Part shown: in pieces, positions 18,186-27,935 of the stretch | Layout: the number at the start of each line of letters is the position of its first letter | How positions within the stretch are numbered: the first letter of the stretch is position 1 | Assembly (NCBI GenBank): GCA_965248105.1 | Contig: CBDFIK010000006.1 | Location: 259,761 to 323,760, forward strand | DNA from: Bryobacterales bacterium | GTDB taxonomy: Bacteria > Acidobacteriota > Terriglobia > Bryobacterales > UBA6623 | DNA length: 64,000 nt | Reading direction: 5' to 3' | The notes under the pieces: generated by a model | Databases searched by the model: none | What the model saw: the letters and a program-made list of their open reading frames with translations, nothing else | What the model was told of the DNA's origin: nothing | Translations under genes and position numbers: made by a program

Positions 18186-19053
18186 CGAATCGTTTGCCTA
18201 CTGCCGCCGGGTTGCGCGTTCGCGAGCGCGCAATTTCTACTATTCGTTTGTTCTGCTGCCGCGGGAGCAAAGAATGGCCATGTGCGCGATTTACGTCTTC
18301 ATGCGCTATAGCGACGACATCAGCGACGAGCCCAACCCGTCGCCGGCTTCGCGGCGGGCGGCTCTTGCTCGCTGGAAGACAGCCTTCGAGGATGCGTTGC
18401 AGGGCCGATACGGGAACGACCCGATCCTGCCGGCCTTTCATCACACGGTGGTGAAGTACCAAATCCCGGAGCAGTATTTCTTCGAGCTCATCGCCGGCGT
18501 AGGCAGTGATCTGGTCCCCCAGCGCCGGCGAACATTCGACGACCTCTACCGCTACTGCTACCAGGTGGCTTCGGTGGTCGGCATGACCTGCGTCCACGTC
18601 TTCGGCTACGACTCGCCCGAGGCTCTCAGACTGGCGGAAAAATGCGGCGTCGCCTTTCAGCTCACCAACATCCTGCGCGACATACCCGAGGACGCGCGCT
18701 TGGGCCGTGTGTATCTGCCGGAAGAGGATTTGGAGCGCTTTGGCCTCGGTCCCCAGGACTTGATGGAGAACCGCAGCGGCGCGCGGTTCCGCGACTTGAT
18801 GGAGTTCGAGTGGAGCCGCGCCAAGCGCTACTACGAAGAGGCGGCGCCCTTGTTGACGATGGTTCGTCCACAGAGTCGCCCGGCACTGTGGGCCATGATC
18901 TCGATCTACTACGGGATTCTGCGGCGCATTCGCCAGTCCGACTACGATGTGTACGCCAAGCGGGTCAGGCTCAGCGACTTTGAGAAAGTCCGCATCGTGC
19001 TCCAGGCGCTGAAACTTCGATTCACAGGAGGAGCGCCTCCATTCCCCGCGTAA
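18172..19053 (+). CDS. hpnD: presqualene diphosphate synthase HpnD
   Basis: ARNFYYSF, RYSDDISD, YCYQVASVVG, AFQLTNILRDI, GRVYLP. Confidence 0.9.
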   Translation: MPTVDESFAYCRRVARSRARNFYYSFVLLPREQRMAMCAIYVFMRYSDDISDEPNPSPASRRAALARWKTAFEDALQGRYGNDPILPAFHHTVVKYQIPEQYFFELIAGVGSDLVPQRRRTFDDLYRYCYQVASVVGMTCVHVFGYDSPEALRLAEKCGVAFQLTNILRDIPEDARLGRVYLPEEDLERFGLGPQDLMENRSGARFRDLMEFEWSRAKRYYEEAAPLLTMVRPQSRPALWAMISIYYGILRRIRQSDYDVYAKRVRLSDFEKVRIVLQALKLRFTGGAPPFPA

Positions 19054-20318
19054 TCATCGTCGGCGGAGGGCTGGCGGGCTTGTCCGCCGCGGCTGCTCTG
19101 GGATCGCTCGATTTTGACGTCGAGCTGCACGAAGCCCGACCGTTTCTGGGCGGTCGAGCTACCTCCTTTCCCCTGCAGCCGGCGGAGGAAGATTCCGAGC
19201 GCATCGACAACTGCCAACACGTGCTGCTGCGCTGCTTTACCAACTTGTTGGACTTCTACCGGCGCTGCGGGGTGGAGAAGAAGATTCGCTTCGACGACCG
19301 GCTGTATTTTGTTCGCCCGGGGGGCAAGACCGACATCCTCCGGCGGAGCTTTCTGCCGGCGCCGTTTCACCTTTTCAGCTCGCTAATTGGGTTTGGCGGC
19401 CTCGACGCCCGCGACAAGTGGTCGCTCATTCGAACGCTCGCCGCCTTGCGGAGCGAGCGTCATCGAGCAGACCTCGACCGGCTTACGATGGGACAATGGC
19501 TCTCCTCGAAAGGCGCCACGCAACGCACTTGCGAGCGTTTCTGGCGTCCTATCCTGGTAAGCGCACTCAACGAAGAGCCCGAGCGCGCATCTGCGGCGCT
19601 TGCTTTTCACGTTTTTCTCGATGGGCTGATGGCAACCCGCGACAGTTTCGAAATCGGTGTGCCAGCTGTGCCATTAGCGGACCTATACTCCACGGCCTTC
19701 GAGCAAGGGCTTGGGTCCGGGGTTCGCATTCACTTGCGCTCAAGTGTCGAGCGAATCGATCCTGCCGACCGCCAAGCGGACTTTTACATCAGTGCCGTGC
19801 CTTTCGAGCGAGTGAACGCTTTGGTTCCGGGACTCGATCTGCGCCTCGGGCGTTTCGAACATTCACCGATCACGGGCATCCACCTTTGGTTCGACCGTCC
19901 GATTACCGAACTCCCCCATGCGGTGCTCCTCGATCGCACTCTACAGTGGCTATTCCGCAAATCCGAGAACTATTTTCAGGCCGTGGTCAGCGCGTCACGC
20001 TCCCTGTTGCCGTTGGCGCAAAAAGACATCGTCGAGATGGCATGTCGCGAGCTGCGAGAGTTTTTCCCCGAGTCGGCGAATGCTCAACTGATCAAATCGC
20101 GCGTGATCAAGGAAGCGCGCGCGACCTACTCCGCCGTCCCCGGGCTCGAGGCTGCAAGGCCGGGAGCCAAAACGAAGTTTCCGAATGTCTTCCTCGCGGG
20201 TGATTGGACAAACACCGGCTGGCCCGCCACGATGGAAGGCGCAGTCCGCAGCGGTTACCTTGTGGCGGAAGCGGTGGCGCACGCAGCGGGGACGGAGGCG
20301 TCGTTCCTCGTTCGATAA
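19041..20318 (+). CDS. hpnE: hydroxysqualene dehydroxylase HpnE (FAD-dependent)
   Basis: GGRATSF, IDNCQHVLLRC, LAGDWTNTGWPATMEGAVRSG. The FAD motif VIIVGGGLAGL lies upstream of the track start (19080), so the start is placed at the in-frame ATT 19041. Confidence 0.88.
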   Translation: MPRVIIVGGGLAGLSAAAALGSLDFDVELHEARPFLGGRATSFPLQPAEEDSERIDNCQHVLLRCFTNLLDFYRRCGVEKKIRFDDRLYFVRPGGKTDILRRSFLPAPFHLFSSLIGFGGLDARDKWSLIRTLAALRSERHRADLDRLTMGQWLSSKGATQRTCERFWRPILVSALNEEPERASAALAFHVFLDGLMATRDSFEIGVPAVPLADLYSTAFEQGLGSGVRIHLRSSVERIDPADRQADFYISAVPFERVNALVPGLDLRLGRFEHSPITGIHLWFDRPITELPHAVLLDRTLQWLFRKSENYFQAVVSASRSLLPLAQKDIVEMACRELREFFPESANAQLIKSRVIKEARATYSAVPGLEAARPGAKTKFPNVFLAGDWTNTGWPATMEGAVRSGYLVAEAVAHAAGTEASFLVR

Positions 20319-20445
20319 GAAGGCCGATGAAAGCGAATCTGATTAGGCGAATTCAACGGGGCGAAGCGCACAGGGTTTGCCCAGGTCGTGCTCCGCTAGT
20401 AAGCTGTCCTAGACCTAGACAAGACTTCCTGATCGTGCCGGCGAC

Positions 20446-20486
20446 GTGGCGCACGCTTTCAGCGTGCCGTGTCGGGCTTTCCAGCC
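20446..20486. repeat. GTGG-type REP-like palindrome cluster
   Basis: GTGGCGCACGCTTTCAGCGTGCCG followed by TGTCGGGC..GCCCGACA; related copies near 28821 and 43521. Confidence 0.55.
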
Positions 20487-20586
20487 CGACATTTCCGAAT
20501 CGATAGTGAACTCGTCTCCGGGACAGAGGCCACGTTCGCGCCTCTCCGGCCACAGTCTACTCCCGGTCCGGAAACTCCCCAGCCCA

Positions 20587-20595
20587 TGCTATACT
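20587..20595 (+). promoter_or_regulatory. possible extended -10 promoter element of the LytTR regulator gene
   Basis: TGCTATACT about 27 nt before ATG 20623. Confidence 0.35.
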
Positions 20596-20622
20596 CCGAA
20601 AAATTCCTGAGTACTAAGACTT

Positions 20623-21414
20623 ATGGCTGAAAGCAGCAGCACGACCGCCACGCTGACGACGTTGGTCGTCGACGACGAACAGCTCGCTCGGGAAGAGCTG
20701 ATGTTCCTGCTCAAATCGATTCCCGGCGTGGAAGTCGTCGCCGCCGCGGGCAACGGTCTGGAAGCGGTTGAACTGATCGAAGAGCATCAGCCCGATTTGG
20801 TTTTCCTCGATGTCCAGATGCCCGGTTTGGACGGGCTGGGTGTCGTACGCAAGCTGGTTGAGAAGGGATCTCCGCTGCCGCACTTCATTTTCGCTACGGC
20901 GTACGACCAGTATGCGGTGGAAGCTTTCGAAGTTAACGCCGTCGATTACCTGCTGAAGCCGATCGAGAAGGAGAGGGTAGCGGTCTCGATCGAGCGGGCG
21001 CAAAAGTTGCTGGAGGCCCCCTCGAGCCCCAGCCGTATGGAGCAACTGCTGTCCCAGATTCAACACACCATCCGCCCTCCGTCGAAGCTTTTGGTGAAGA
21101 GCAGTAAACGAATGTTTTTGGTCGATGCGGGCGACGTCATTTACGCAACGATTCAAGACGGGCTGATCACGATTGTTTCCACCTACATAGAAGGCGAGTC
21201 AAACTACAAGACCCTGGAAGAGCTACAGTCCAATCTCGACCCCAATCAGTTTTGGCGAGCGCACCGCTCCCATTTGGTGAACATCAATCGCATCAAGGAA
21301 GTGGTGCCCTGGTTCAAGTCGAGCTACCAGCTGCGGATGAGCGACAAGCGCCAAACCGAGATCCCAGTCAGCCGCGCACAAACCAAACGCCTGCGAGAGC
21401 TGTTCAAGCTTTAA
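20623..21414 (+). CDS. LytR/AlgR-family response regulator (REC + LytTR), no adjacent kinase
   Basis: VVDDEQLAR, FLDVQMPG, ATAYDQYAVEAF, DYLLKP, FWRAHRSHLVN, IPVSR. Confidence 0.93.
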   Translation: MAESSSTTATLTTLVVDDEQLAREELMFLLKSIPGVEVVAAAGNGLEAVELIEEHQPDLVFLDVQMPGLDGLGVVRKLVEKGSPLPHFIFATAYDQYAVEAFEVNAVDYLLKPIEKERVAVSIERAQKLLEAPSSPSRMEQLLSQIQHTIRPPSKLLVKSSKRMFLVDAGDVIYATIQDGLITIVSTYIEGESNYKTLEELQSNLDPNQFWRAHRSHLVNINRIKEVVPWFKSSYQLRMSDKRQTEIPVSRAQTKRLRELFKL

Positions 21415-21767
21415 CACGCATTTCTCATGTACGGGCGCGACATGTCGGCCCTGGCGATCCCGCCGGTCCGAAGAACGTCATGAATTGCGGCAGTAGGGAC
21501 CGGCGATCCGGCCGGTCCTTCGCGGCCGCGCCGACAAGGACCACGAGCCGGGCCCAAGGAGAAAGGCCCGCTTGTTTACGACGAGCCGCCCGCGGCGGCT
21601 AGGACAAGCGGAATCGCTTGTCCCTACTTTGAGTCGTCGCAAGTTGGCGTCCGGCTTGGAATTCCAGGGATCACCCTCACTGCTTGCCCCAAAGCCGCGA
21701 GTGGGCTGTGGGAAATCAGGCCCCAAAAACCTGCTAGACTCGAAGCAATCGGCAAGAAACTCCACGC

Positions 21768-22352
21768 ATGAAGGCGAGCACAAAGCGTTGGGCAGTCGCC
21801 ATCGGCATAGGCCTGCTACTGGCCAGCCTTCTCTATCTGCTCTTTAACGTTGTGGTGATTGCGGTTATCAGCGCCGCCGTGGCCTCCGCGGTCGCCATTC
21901 TCGTCTACCGTTATCTCGATAAGGGCCCCCAGCCGGAGGTTGCTTCTCGTGTCGTTGATCCGGCGGCTGAGCTTCGCGGACTGCTCGACAACCTCGTCAC
22001 GGTTAACATCGCGATTCGCGAAGAGGGACTAGCCACGGATGTCGTGACGCGAGTGGAAGAGATCATTGACAAGTTGCGGGAGCTGTTGCCGGGCATCAAC
22101 GAACGCCACAACGGCCATGAGCTTACCTGGGCCGTCAACAAGATGGCGAAGGACTATTTGCCGCGAGTGGTCAACCCCTACGTTGCTCTGTCACAAACGG
22201 AACGGGAGAGCCGCCGCAAGGAGCTGCTCAACAGTCTCAACGGTCTTGAGGCTGAACTCGACAACGTGGCGGACCTGGTTCGCAATGAAAAACTGGGTGA
22301 CTTCCGAGCCAAGGCCGCATTCCTGCGAGCCCGCTTTGTTGAGGAGGCCTGA
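21768..22352 (+). CDS. membrane-anchored helical protein, XpaC-like partner of TelA
   Basis: Two N-terminal TM helices followed by a helical domain (YLPRVVNPY), directly upstream of telA as in xpaC-yaaN pairs. The family call rests largely on context. Confidence 0.55.
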   Translation: MKASTKRWAVAIGIGLLLASLLYLLFNVVVIAVISAAVASAVAILVYRYLDKGPQPEVASRVVDPAAELRGLLDNLVTVNIAIREEGLATDVVTRVEEIIDKLRELLPGINERHNGHELTWAVNKMAKDYLPRVVNPYVALSQTERESRRKELLNSLNGLEAELDNVADLVRNEKLGDFRAKAAFLRARFVEEA

Positions 22353-22407
22353 GGCGAGCAACCCGGGCTAGAACGAAGTCGAGCGCGCAGCGAAAGGAGA
22401 AACAGCG

Positions 22408-23610
22408 ATGAGTGATCCAACGCCCACCGCAAGCCCCACACCCGGTGGCGGGGAAGCTGAGCAGAAGGCTCTGGTCCCTTTAGCGCCCAAAGGGCTGGAC
22501 TCGGCCGCCGAATCGGCGCTGGTCGAGCGGGCTGAACAGTTGGCCGGCAAGGTCCAAGCCCAACCGGGAGACCGCCAACTCTCCCGGCAGTTGGGCGCCC
22601 TCGGAGCGCGCGAGCAACAAAGCGCCGCCCAAGAAATCAACCTGCTCAAAACTCGGGTCGGCACTCTACTCAAAGAGGTAGACGGCGAAGGCGGCGAGAT
22701 TCCCAAGGCGCTTGTCGAGCTTCGCCACCAGATGGACGAGATAAACCCTCACGTTTTGAGCCAGCCCGGCAAGCTAGGCAGGCTGCTGGGCCGCGTCCCC
22801 GGCATCGGCAAGGTCCTGAAGAACATCGCCGTCAAGTATGAGTCCGTTCAGACCCAGATTGACGCCATCATGGCCGGGCTTCGGGCCGGCAAAGACAGAC
22901 TGTTGCAAGACAACGCCGAGCTGGAGCAGCTCTATCAGCAGGTGAAGCAGGCGCAGCTTGGTATCCAGCAAAGCGCTTATGTCGGCGAGCTGTTGTGGCA
23001 AAAGCTCGATGATGCCCTGGTCGATTGCGATCCGGGCGAACGACAGAAACTGCAGGCGATGATGCACAGAGTCGCCATGCGGGTCCAAGACCTGCGCACC
23101 ATGGAGCAGGTCAACCTGCAGTTTTTCGTCTCCATCGACATGACGTTGCAGAACAACGACACCCTGGCCGAACAGGTTGACCGCACGGTCATGGTGACGC
23201 AAAACTTACTCACCGTGGGTCTGGCCATCCAGGCGGCGCTTGCCCAGCAGAAGAAAATCGCCAAGGCGGTGAAGGGCGTTCAAGAAACCACGGCGGCCAT
23301 GCTGGAAGCCAACGCGGCGGCCATCGGGCGCCAGACCGTCGAAATCGGCGAGATGCAGAACAACCCTGTGCTCGCGCTGGAAAGCGTCAAGAAGGCCCAC
23401 AACACACTGCTCGAGGCCCTTGACAAGATGGATGAGATCCGGCAACTCGGCACCGAGAAAGCGCGTACCGGAATTGCCGAGCTGAACAGGATGTCCGCTG
23501 TGCTCGAACCCAAGGTCGAGGCGCTCGAGGCAGCACGCGACCTTCCCGCGATCGAAGCTAAGTCCGAGCCTGCCGAGTCTGAGGAGACCACTTCGCGGCC
23601 AAGCGAGTAA
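22408..23610 (+). CDS. toxic anion resistance protein, TelA/KlaA family
   Basis: 400 aa coiled-coil; KYESVQTQIDAI, L-DN-L-QLY, RVQDL, NN-L..-VDRT..T; RBS AAAGGAGA. Confidence 0.85.
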   Translation: MSDPTPTASPTPGGGEAEQKALVPLAPKGLDSAAESALVERAEQLAGKVQAQPGDRQLSRQLGALGAREQQSAAQEINLLKTRVGTLLKEVDGEGGEIPKALVELRHQMDEINPHVLSQPGKLGRLLGRVPGIGKVLKNIAVKYESVQTQIDAIMAGLRAGKDRLLQDNAELEQLYQQVKQAQLGIQQSAYVGELLWQKLDDALVDCDPGERQKLQAMMHRVAMRVQDLRTMEQVNLQFFVSIDMTLQNNDTLAEQVDRTVMVTQNLLTVGLAIQAALAQQKKIAKAVKGVQETTAAMLEANAAAIGRQTVEIGEMQNNPVLALESVKKAHNTLLEALDKMDEIRQLGTEKARTGIAELNRMSAVLEPKVEALEAARDLPAIEAKSEPAESEETTSRPSE

Positions 23611-23621
23611 ACGAGAGACGC

Positions 23622-24248
23622 ATGGCATCATTGCTGGACACTGCTACCAAGAAACGCTACGATGAGCAGTTTGCCGCCATCCGCCAACTCGCGGCAGCCG
23701 TTCCTCCGAAAGAGCGCTACAAGCTCTCGATCGAGGATGTTAGAGTCGGCGGCCTGCTCAAATTCGGCCGCAAGAGTCATCTCGTCCGCGGCATCAACAC
23801 CTACGAGAGAGAGGGTTTTCGTTGGCCCGAACTCGTCCTCTATTGTTTGCAGGATGGCCAAACCAGCTATTTGGAATGGGAAAAGGGCGACGAAGTGTCG
23901 GTCTTCGTCTCGCTTGAAAAACTGTCCTTTGCCCAGGTCGGCATTCAGGGGAAAGAGCAACTGTGGAAGATCTCCGAAGACGAAGAGGGATCCGCTCACT
24001 ACCGAGGACAGCCCTATTCCTATCACGAAGATTCAGCGGTCACCTTCTTCCGGGACAGCAAAGAGGGGGGGACGCCGTTTCATCAGTACCTGTTCGCCTC
24101 CGACGACGAAGAGACTTTCGTCAGCGTAGAAGAGTGGGGTGACGAAGACGAAGGCTATGAACATAACGTGATCCTCAGTGGAAAATTAAACGCCGCGGCG
24201 ATCGAGGTAATTACCGCCGGAGAGGATTCAGGAGATGGGAATGGCTGA
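23622..24248 (+). CDS. DUF4178 domain protein
   Basis: VGG..F...H.VRG...Y, W.E, YLEWE, Y.Y.E, VSVEEW pattern. Confidence 0.7.
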   Translation: MASLLDTATKKRYDEQFAAIRQLAAAVPPKERYKLSIEDVRVGGLLKFGRKSHLVRGINTYEREGFRWPELVLYCLQDGQTSYLEWEKGDEVSVFVSLEKLSFAQVGIQGKEQLWKISEDEEGSAHYRGQPYSYHEDSAVTFFRDSKEGGTPFHQYLFASDDEETFVSVEEWGDEDEGYEHNVILSGKLNAAAIEVITAGEDSGDGNG

Positions 24249-24849
24249 GATCGTCTACAAAGACGAATCGGCCACCGATTTGCGTCTTCACCTCATCCCG
24301 GGGCTCGTCGAAAAGTCGCGTTTCTCGATTCTCAAGCAAGGCAACCTTTCCTTCGGCGATCTTCACATCGAGGCCCATATCATCGGTGCCAGCCACATGA
24401 TTCACTACGCTATCCAGGGGCGCCAATTGACGGAAGTGCTGGCTTGTTCGGGCGGGGCCACGGAGCTCGACGCCAACGTCTATTGGGAACCAGCGAACAA
24501 GGCCGGGGGCCATGTGGACGTAACCCTCTGCCATGATCTCGAGTACAGCTCGCGCATCGAGCGGACCGACTGGAACCGGGCCGCGGATGTTCGCCGGGAC
24601 CTGGAACAGGACATCGCGCTTGCCGCCGACCGTTTCAACGAAATCGGTCTCACCTTTCGCTTCCCTCGACCCGATGACTCGACTCCCACTCCAGAAACCT
24701 TGGTCTGGGTTCGAGCCTCAGACGACGCGAGCGTGGACGTCCGCACGGCCCACTCCTATCCTGTCGAGCGAAGCCTTGTCCTGACCTCGACTCGAATTCG
24801 CCTGAAAAGTGACGCCAGCCGGCTCGGAGGAAATGGAGGCCTTAGATGA
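24241..24849 (+). CDS. DUF2617-like protein
   Basis: IIGASH motif and C-terminal W..A...V.V.T.HSYP.E..LV.T.TRI. Overlaps the upstream stop. Confidence 0.65.
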   Translation: MAEIVYKDESATDLRLHLIPGLVEKSRFSILKQGNLSFGDLHIEAHIIGASHMIHYAIQGRQLTEVLACSGGATELDANVYWEPANKAGGHVDVTLCHDLEYSSRIERTDWNRAADVRRDLEQDIALAADRFNEIGLTFRFPRPDDSTPTPETLVWVRASDDASVDVRTAHSYPVERSLVLTSTRIRLKSDASRLGGNGGLR

Positions 24850-26450
24850 TAACCTGGGCCTATGCCCCGACTGTTCTGGCCGTAGTGGTATCGCTAGCGG
24901 GTTGCGGACTTCCGAGCGCCGATCGACAACGGGCCGAATACGCCGCCAGCCAAGTAGAAGAGCAGCGGAAGGCACTTCCCGCCGCCCAGTCGGATTTCGA
25001 CAAGGTCGCACAAGATAGCTTCTTTGGTCCCTTCGTGCGACGGGAAAACCTGGGGGACAGTTTCAAGCAGGCGGGCGCCGCGCTCGACGAAGCGAAGAAG
25101 CGCTACCAAGCCAGAGTTGTCCCGATCCTCGAAGCCGACAAGTCCGAAGACGTCGCGAAGCTCAGGGCCGAGCTGAAGCCGATCAAGGCGGAGATCCGCA
25201 AGGCCAGCCGGCTCATCAAGAAGCCGGCGGAAAGTCGCGACCGGCTTGCCAAGACACGAGAAGAGTTCCAGCGCCGAGCCAAGGCTGACGCATCGCAGCT
25301 TGTCTCCGAGTCGGGGGACCTCGTCGACGGCATGCGAGTGACTCTCGGCAAACTACAGGGATCGGTCGACGAAGCTGCCAAGAACCACCCATCGCGCGCC
25401 GCCGATATCAGCGCTTTTGCTACCTCAGGGGCCACTCTTTACAGTGAGGCCCAAGACAGTTTCGATAAGGCAAAGTCTGCCGCGGCGGAAGGTTCCGGTG
25501 ACGCAGCGGGCGATCACTCGATGGCGGTGAAGCATTGTGCGGAACATCTCAACCTGCTCTCCGAAAACACCGCGGGCCAACTCAAGGAGCTGGGCACAAG
25601 CTACTCCAAAACCCTGCTCGACATGAGAGCGGATTTCTACCTCACCGTGCGGCGCCTAAGTTGGTCGAGCCGCTATGATCGCCCTCCCCTACATCCCTAC
25701 GACTACCGCGCACGCAAAGTGCCCGAGGACGTCTACGACTACTTTGACAAGCTCAACGTGGATTCTCTTGCCAGCTATCGTCGGCGGGCGAACTACTTAA
25801 GGCTTTCAAGAGGTGTGGACGCCGACCGCTGGAAAGCCCTACGGATTACTAATCCCAGCCGGGATTGGCGTGATCGGTTCGACGACGAGGCGGAATTCTG
25901 GATCCAGAAGTTTCAAGAAGCCTATTTCCACAAGTATGCCGTCGTGAGGGACGGTGAGCGGCAAGAGACCGATTGGATTCCTGTCAGCGAAGCGTTCTAC
26001 TACGCTCACATCAACGACCTGGGGATGGACATCGAGGTCAAGCCCTACGGATCATTCGAAAGCGAGAAGATCACCGAGGCGAACCCGCCGGGCATGGCTT
26101 ACGTCGGCAACCCGCGCTACGGCCGCTGGGAGAGTGACGGCCGCGGCGGGCGGCGCTGGAGCTTTTTCGAGGCCTACCTGTTCTACCACCTGATGTTTGG
26201 GGGCCGCCGCCACTACTACGGCTACAACACCTGGAACACTTGGGGTCGCGACTATCGCGGCCGCCGGCCGTTTTACGGCGGAACGCAAACAGCTCCGCTC
26301 TACGGCTCCCGAGGCCGAGTGACCCAGACCGCGCCCCGCTACCAAGGGAGTGCGTTCGCTGGCAGTGGGGGATTCCGGCGTGCCTCCGCCTCGGTGCGAG
26401 GTGCCGGACCCGGCAGCCGGGGCGGTTCATTCGGAGGCAGCGGCAAATAA
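24846..26450 (+). CDS. lipoprotein with long coiled coil and a Gly/Tyr/Arg-rich tail ending RGGSFGGSGK
   Basis: Lipobox LAGC; ATGA overlap with the upstream gene; tail GNPRYGRW...WSFFEAY...RGGSFGGSGK. Confidence 0.75.
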   Translation: MITWAYAPTVLAVVVSLAGCGLPSADRQRAEYAASQVEEQRKALPAAQSDFDKVAQDSFFGPFVRRENLGDSFKQAGAALDEAKKRYQARVVPILEADKSEDVAKLRAELKPIKAEIRKASRLIKKPAESRDRLAKTREEFQRRAKADASQLVSESGDLVDGMRVTLGKLQGSVDEAAKNHPSRAADISAFATSGATLYSEAQDSFDKAKSAAAEGSGDAAGDHSMAVKHCAEHLNLLSENTAGQLKELGTSYSKTLLDMRADFYLTVRRLSWSSRYDRPPLHPYDYRARKVPEDVYDYFDKLNVDSLASYRRRANYLRLSRGVDADRWKALRITNPSRDWRDRFDDEAEFWIQKFQEAYFHKYAVVRDGERQETDWIPVSEAFYYAHINDLGMDIEVKPYGSFESEKITEANPPGMAYVGNPRYGRWESDGRGGRRWSFFEAYLFYHLMFGGRRHYYGYNTWNTWGRDYRGRRPFYGGTQTAPLYGSRGRVTQTAPRYQGSAFAGSGGFRRASASVRGAGPGSRGGSFGGSGK

Positions 26451-26490
26451 CGACGGCCCGCCGAGCAGGGTTGGGCAAGGAGAAGGACAC

Positions 26491-27390
26491 ATGACTCACT
26501 TAGAAACTTTTCTAGTAGCCGCCGTCGACACCCTGATCGTATTTCTCATTCTGCTGCTTGCCAAGAAGTTGAGGGATGCGCGGTTTCGAGCGTCCTTCGA
26601 CGTCCCCAGCGGCGCCGATCCGGCCGAGTTCACCGCCGATCACCAGATCGAAGAGAAAGGCAACGTTGCGGTCGCTCTGCGCCGTTGCGGATTAAGTGTT
26701 GCCTTCGGGTTCGGTTTGGCGGGAGTCGTGAGCGGCGGTATGCAGGGCTTTGCTTCGGGCATCGAGGGCTTCCTGCAAGACACGGGTTTGATCGTACTTG
26801 ACTGTGTGATTCTACTGGTTTTCCTCTTCTTTGCCCAGTTCGTCGTGGAAAAGATCATCCTTCGCCGCATCAACAACAACGCCGCCTTGAAGGACAACAA
26901 TACGGCCGTCGGATTCACCGAATTCGGCAGCTACGCCGCTACCGGCCTGATCGCCTACGGCTCGTTCAGCGGCGAAGGCGGTGACTGGAAAACCGCCGTC
27001 GGCTTCTTTCTGCTTGGCCAGCTCGCGCTCCTGCTTTTCGCTGTCATCTATGAATTGTCGACGCCCTTCAACATGATCGAGGAGATTCAAAAGGGCAACG
27101 CCGCGGCCGGTGTCATGCTGGGTGGAACGCTGCTCACTCTCGGCATCATCCTCTCGTGGACGATCGCGGGCCCTTTTGTCGGCTGGACCGAAGGGATCAT
27201 CGGGTTCGCGAGAAGCACTGCCATGGGGGTCATTCTGCTCATCCCCTTCCAATTTCTCATTGATAAAGCCTTCCTGCCTCACACAACCCTCAAGATCGAA
27301 GTCGAGCGCGACCGGAACGTGGCGGCCTGCGCCGTCACTGTGTGCGCGCAAGTGGCGCTGGCGATCATGATCGGGGCTTTGGTGGCCTGA
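26491..27390 (+). CDS. DUF350 membrane protein (tandem repeat form)
   Basis: Repeated motifs IEEKGNVAVAL, LKDNNTAVG, IQKGNAAAG, VERDRNVAA; RBS AAGGAG before ATG 26491. Confidence 0.8.
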   Translation: MTHLETFLVAAVDTLIVFLILLLAKKLRDARFRASFDVPSGADPAEFTADHQIEEKGNVAVALRRCGLSVAFGFGLAGVVSGGMQGFASGIEGFLQDTGLIVLDCVILLVFLFFAQFVVEKIILRRINNNAALKDNNTAVGFTEFGSYAATGLIAYGSFSGEGGDWKTAVGFFLLGQLALLLFAVIYELSTPFNMIEEIQKGNAAAGVMLGGTLLTLGIILSWTIAGPFVGWTEGIIGFARSTAMGVILLIPFQFLIDKAFLPHTTLKIEVERDRNVAACAVTVCAQVALAIMIGALVA

Positions 27391-27746
27391 GGACGTCGAT
27401 CCCGCTTCTAAAGCGAAGCGCTACGTCACGCACTCAGGTTGTCACGACCGCCCATGTCTTCCACCCACAACCAGGGGCACATGGCCCCGATGACCGACCC
27501 CGAACGGGTGAACTCGTACATCATCCGACACCTGGCCCGCTTTTCTCACGGGGGGTTTGGATGGCCGGCGTCGAACGAACGTTATTAGTGGGGCGTGCCA
27601 CCGTGTCCGCCCGTCGGAGTGGCGCCTATGTCCCGGTCTGCTCACTAGCCAGACTAGCCCCGTTGCAAGGTGAAAGGGTCGTTTCAAACTTAGAACAGAA
27701 GCAAGCGGGTCGGGCCTAATGCGCTTTTCTCAGCAAGGCCCCTGTC

Positions 27747-27935
27747 GTTCTGCGAGCACGCCAGGGGAGAGCTCCGTGACGTCCTCGAAGCTGCCGTCAA
27801 GTGCAAACATCGAGAGTCTACACTAGAAACATGCCCGCCGAACCGTGGAGAGTATCCTTGCACGGTGGCCATAGTGGCCAGTTCTGCGAGCACGCCAGGG
27901 GAGAGCTCCGTGACGTCCTCGAAGCTGCCGTCAAG
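27747..27935 (+). repeat. exact 55-bp direct repeat (27747-27801 and 27881-27935)
   Basis: Direct sequence comparison; the second copy lies in the coding region of the PHP gene. Confidence 0.95.

Noticed and set aside
27747-27935. 55-bp repeat as a DGR template/variable repeat pair
   Set aside because: Copies are identical (no A-specific changes) and no reverse transcriptase is nearby.
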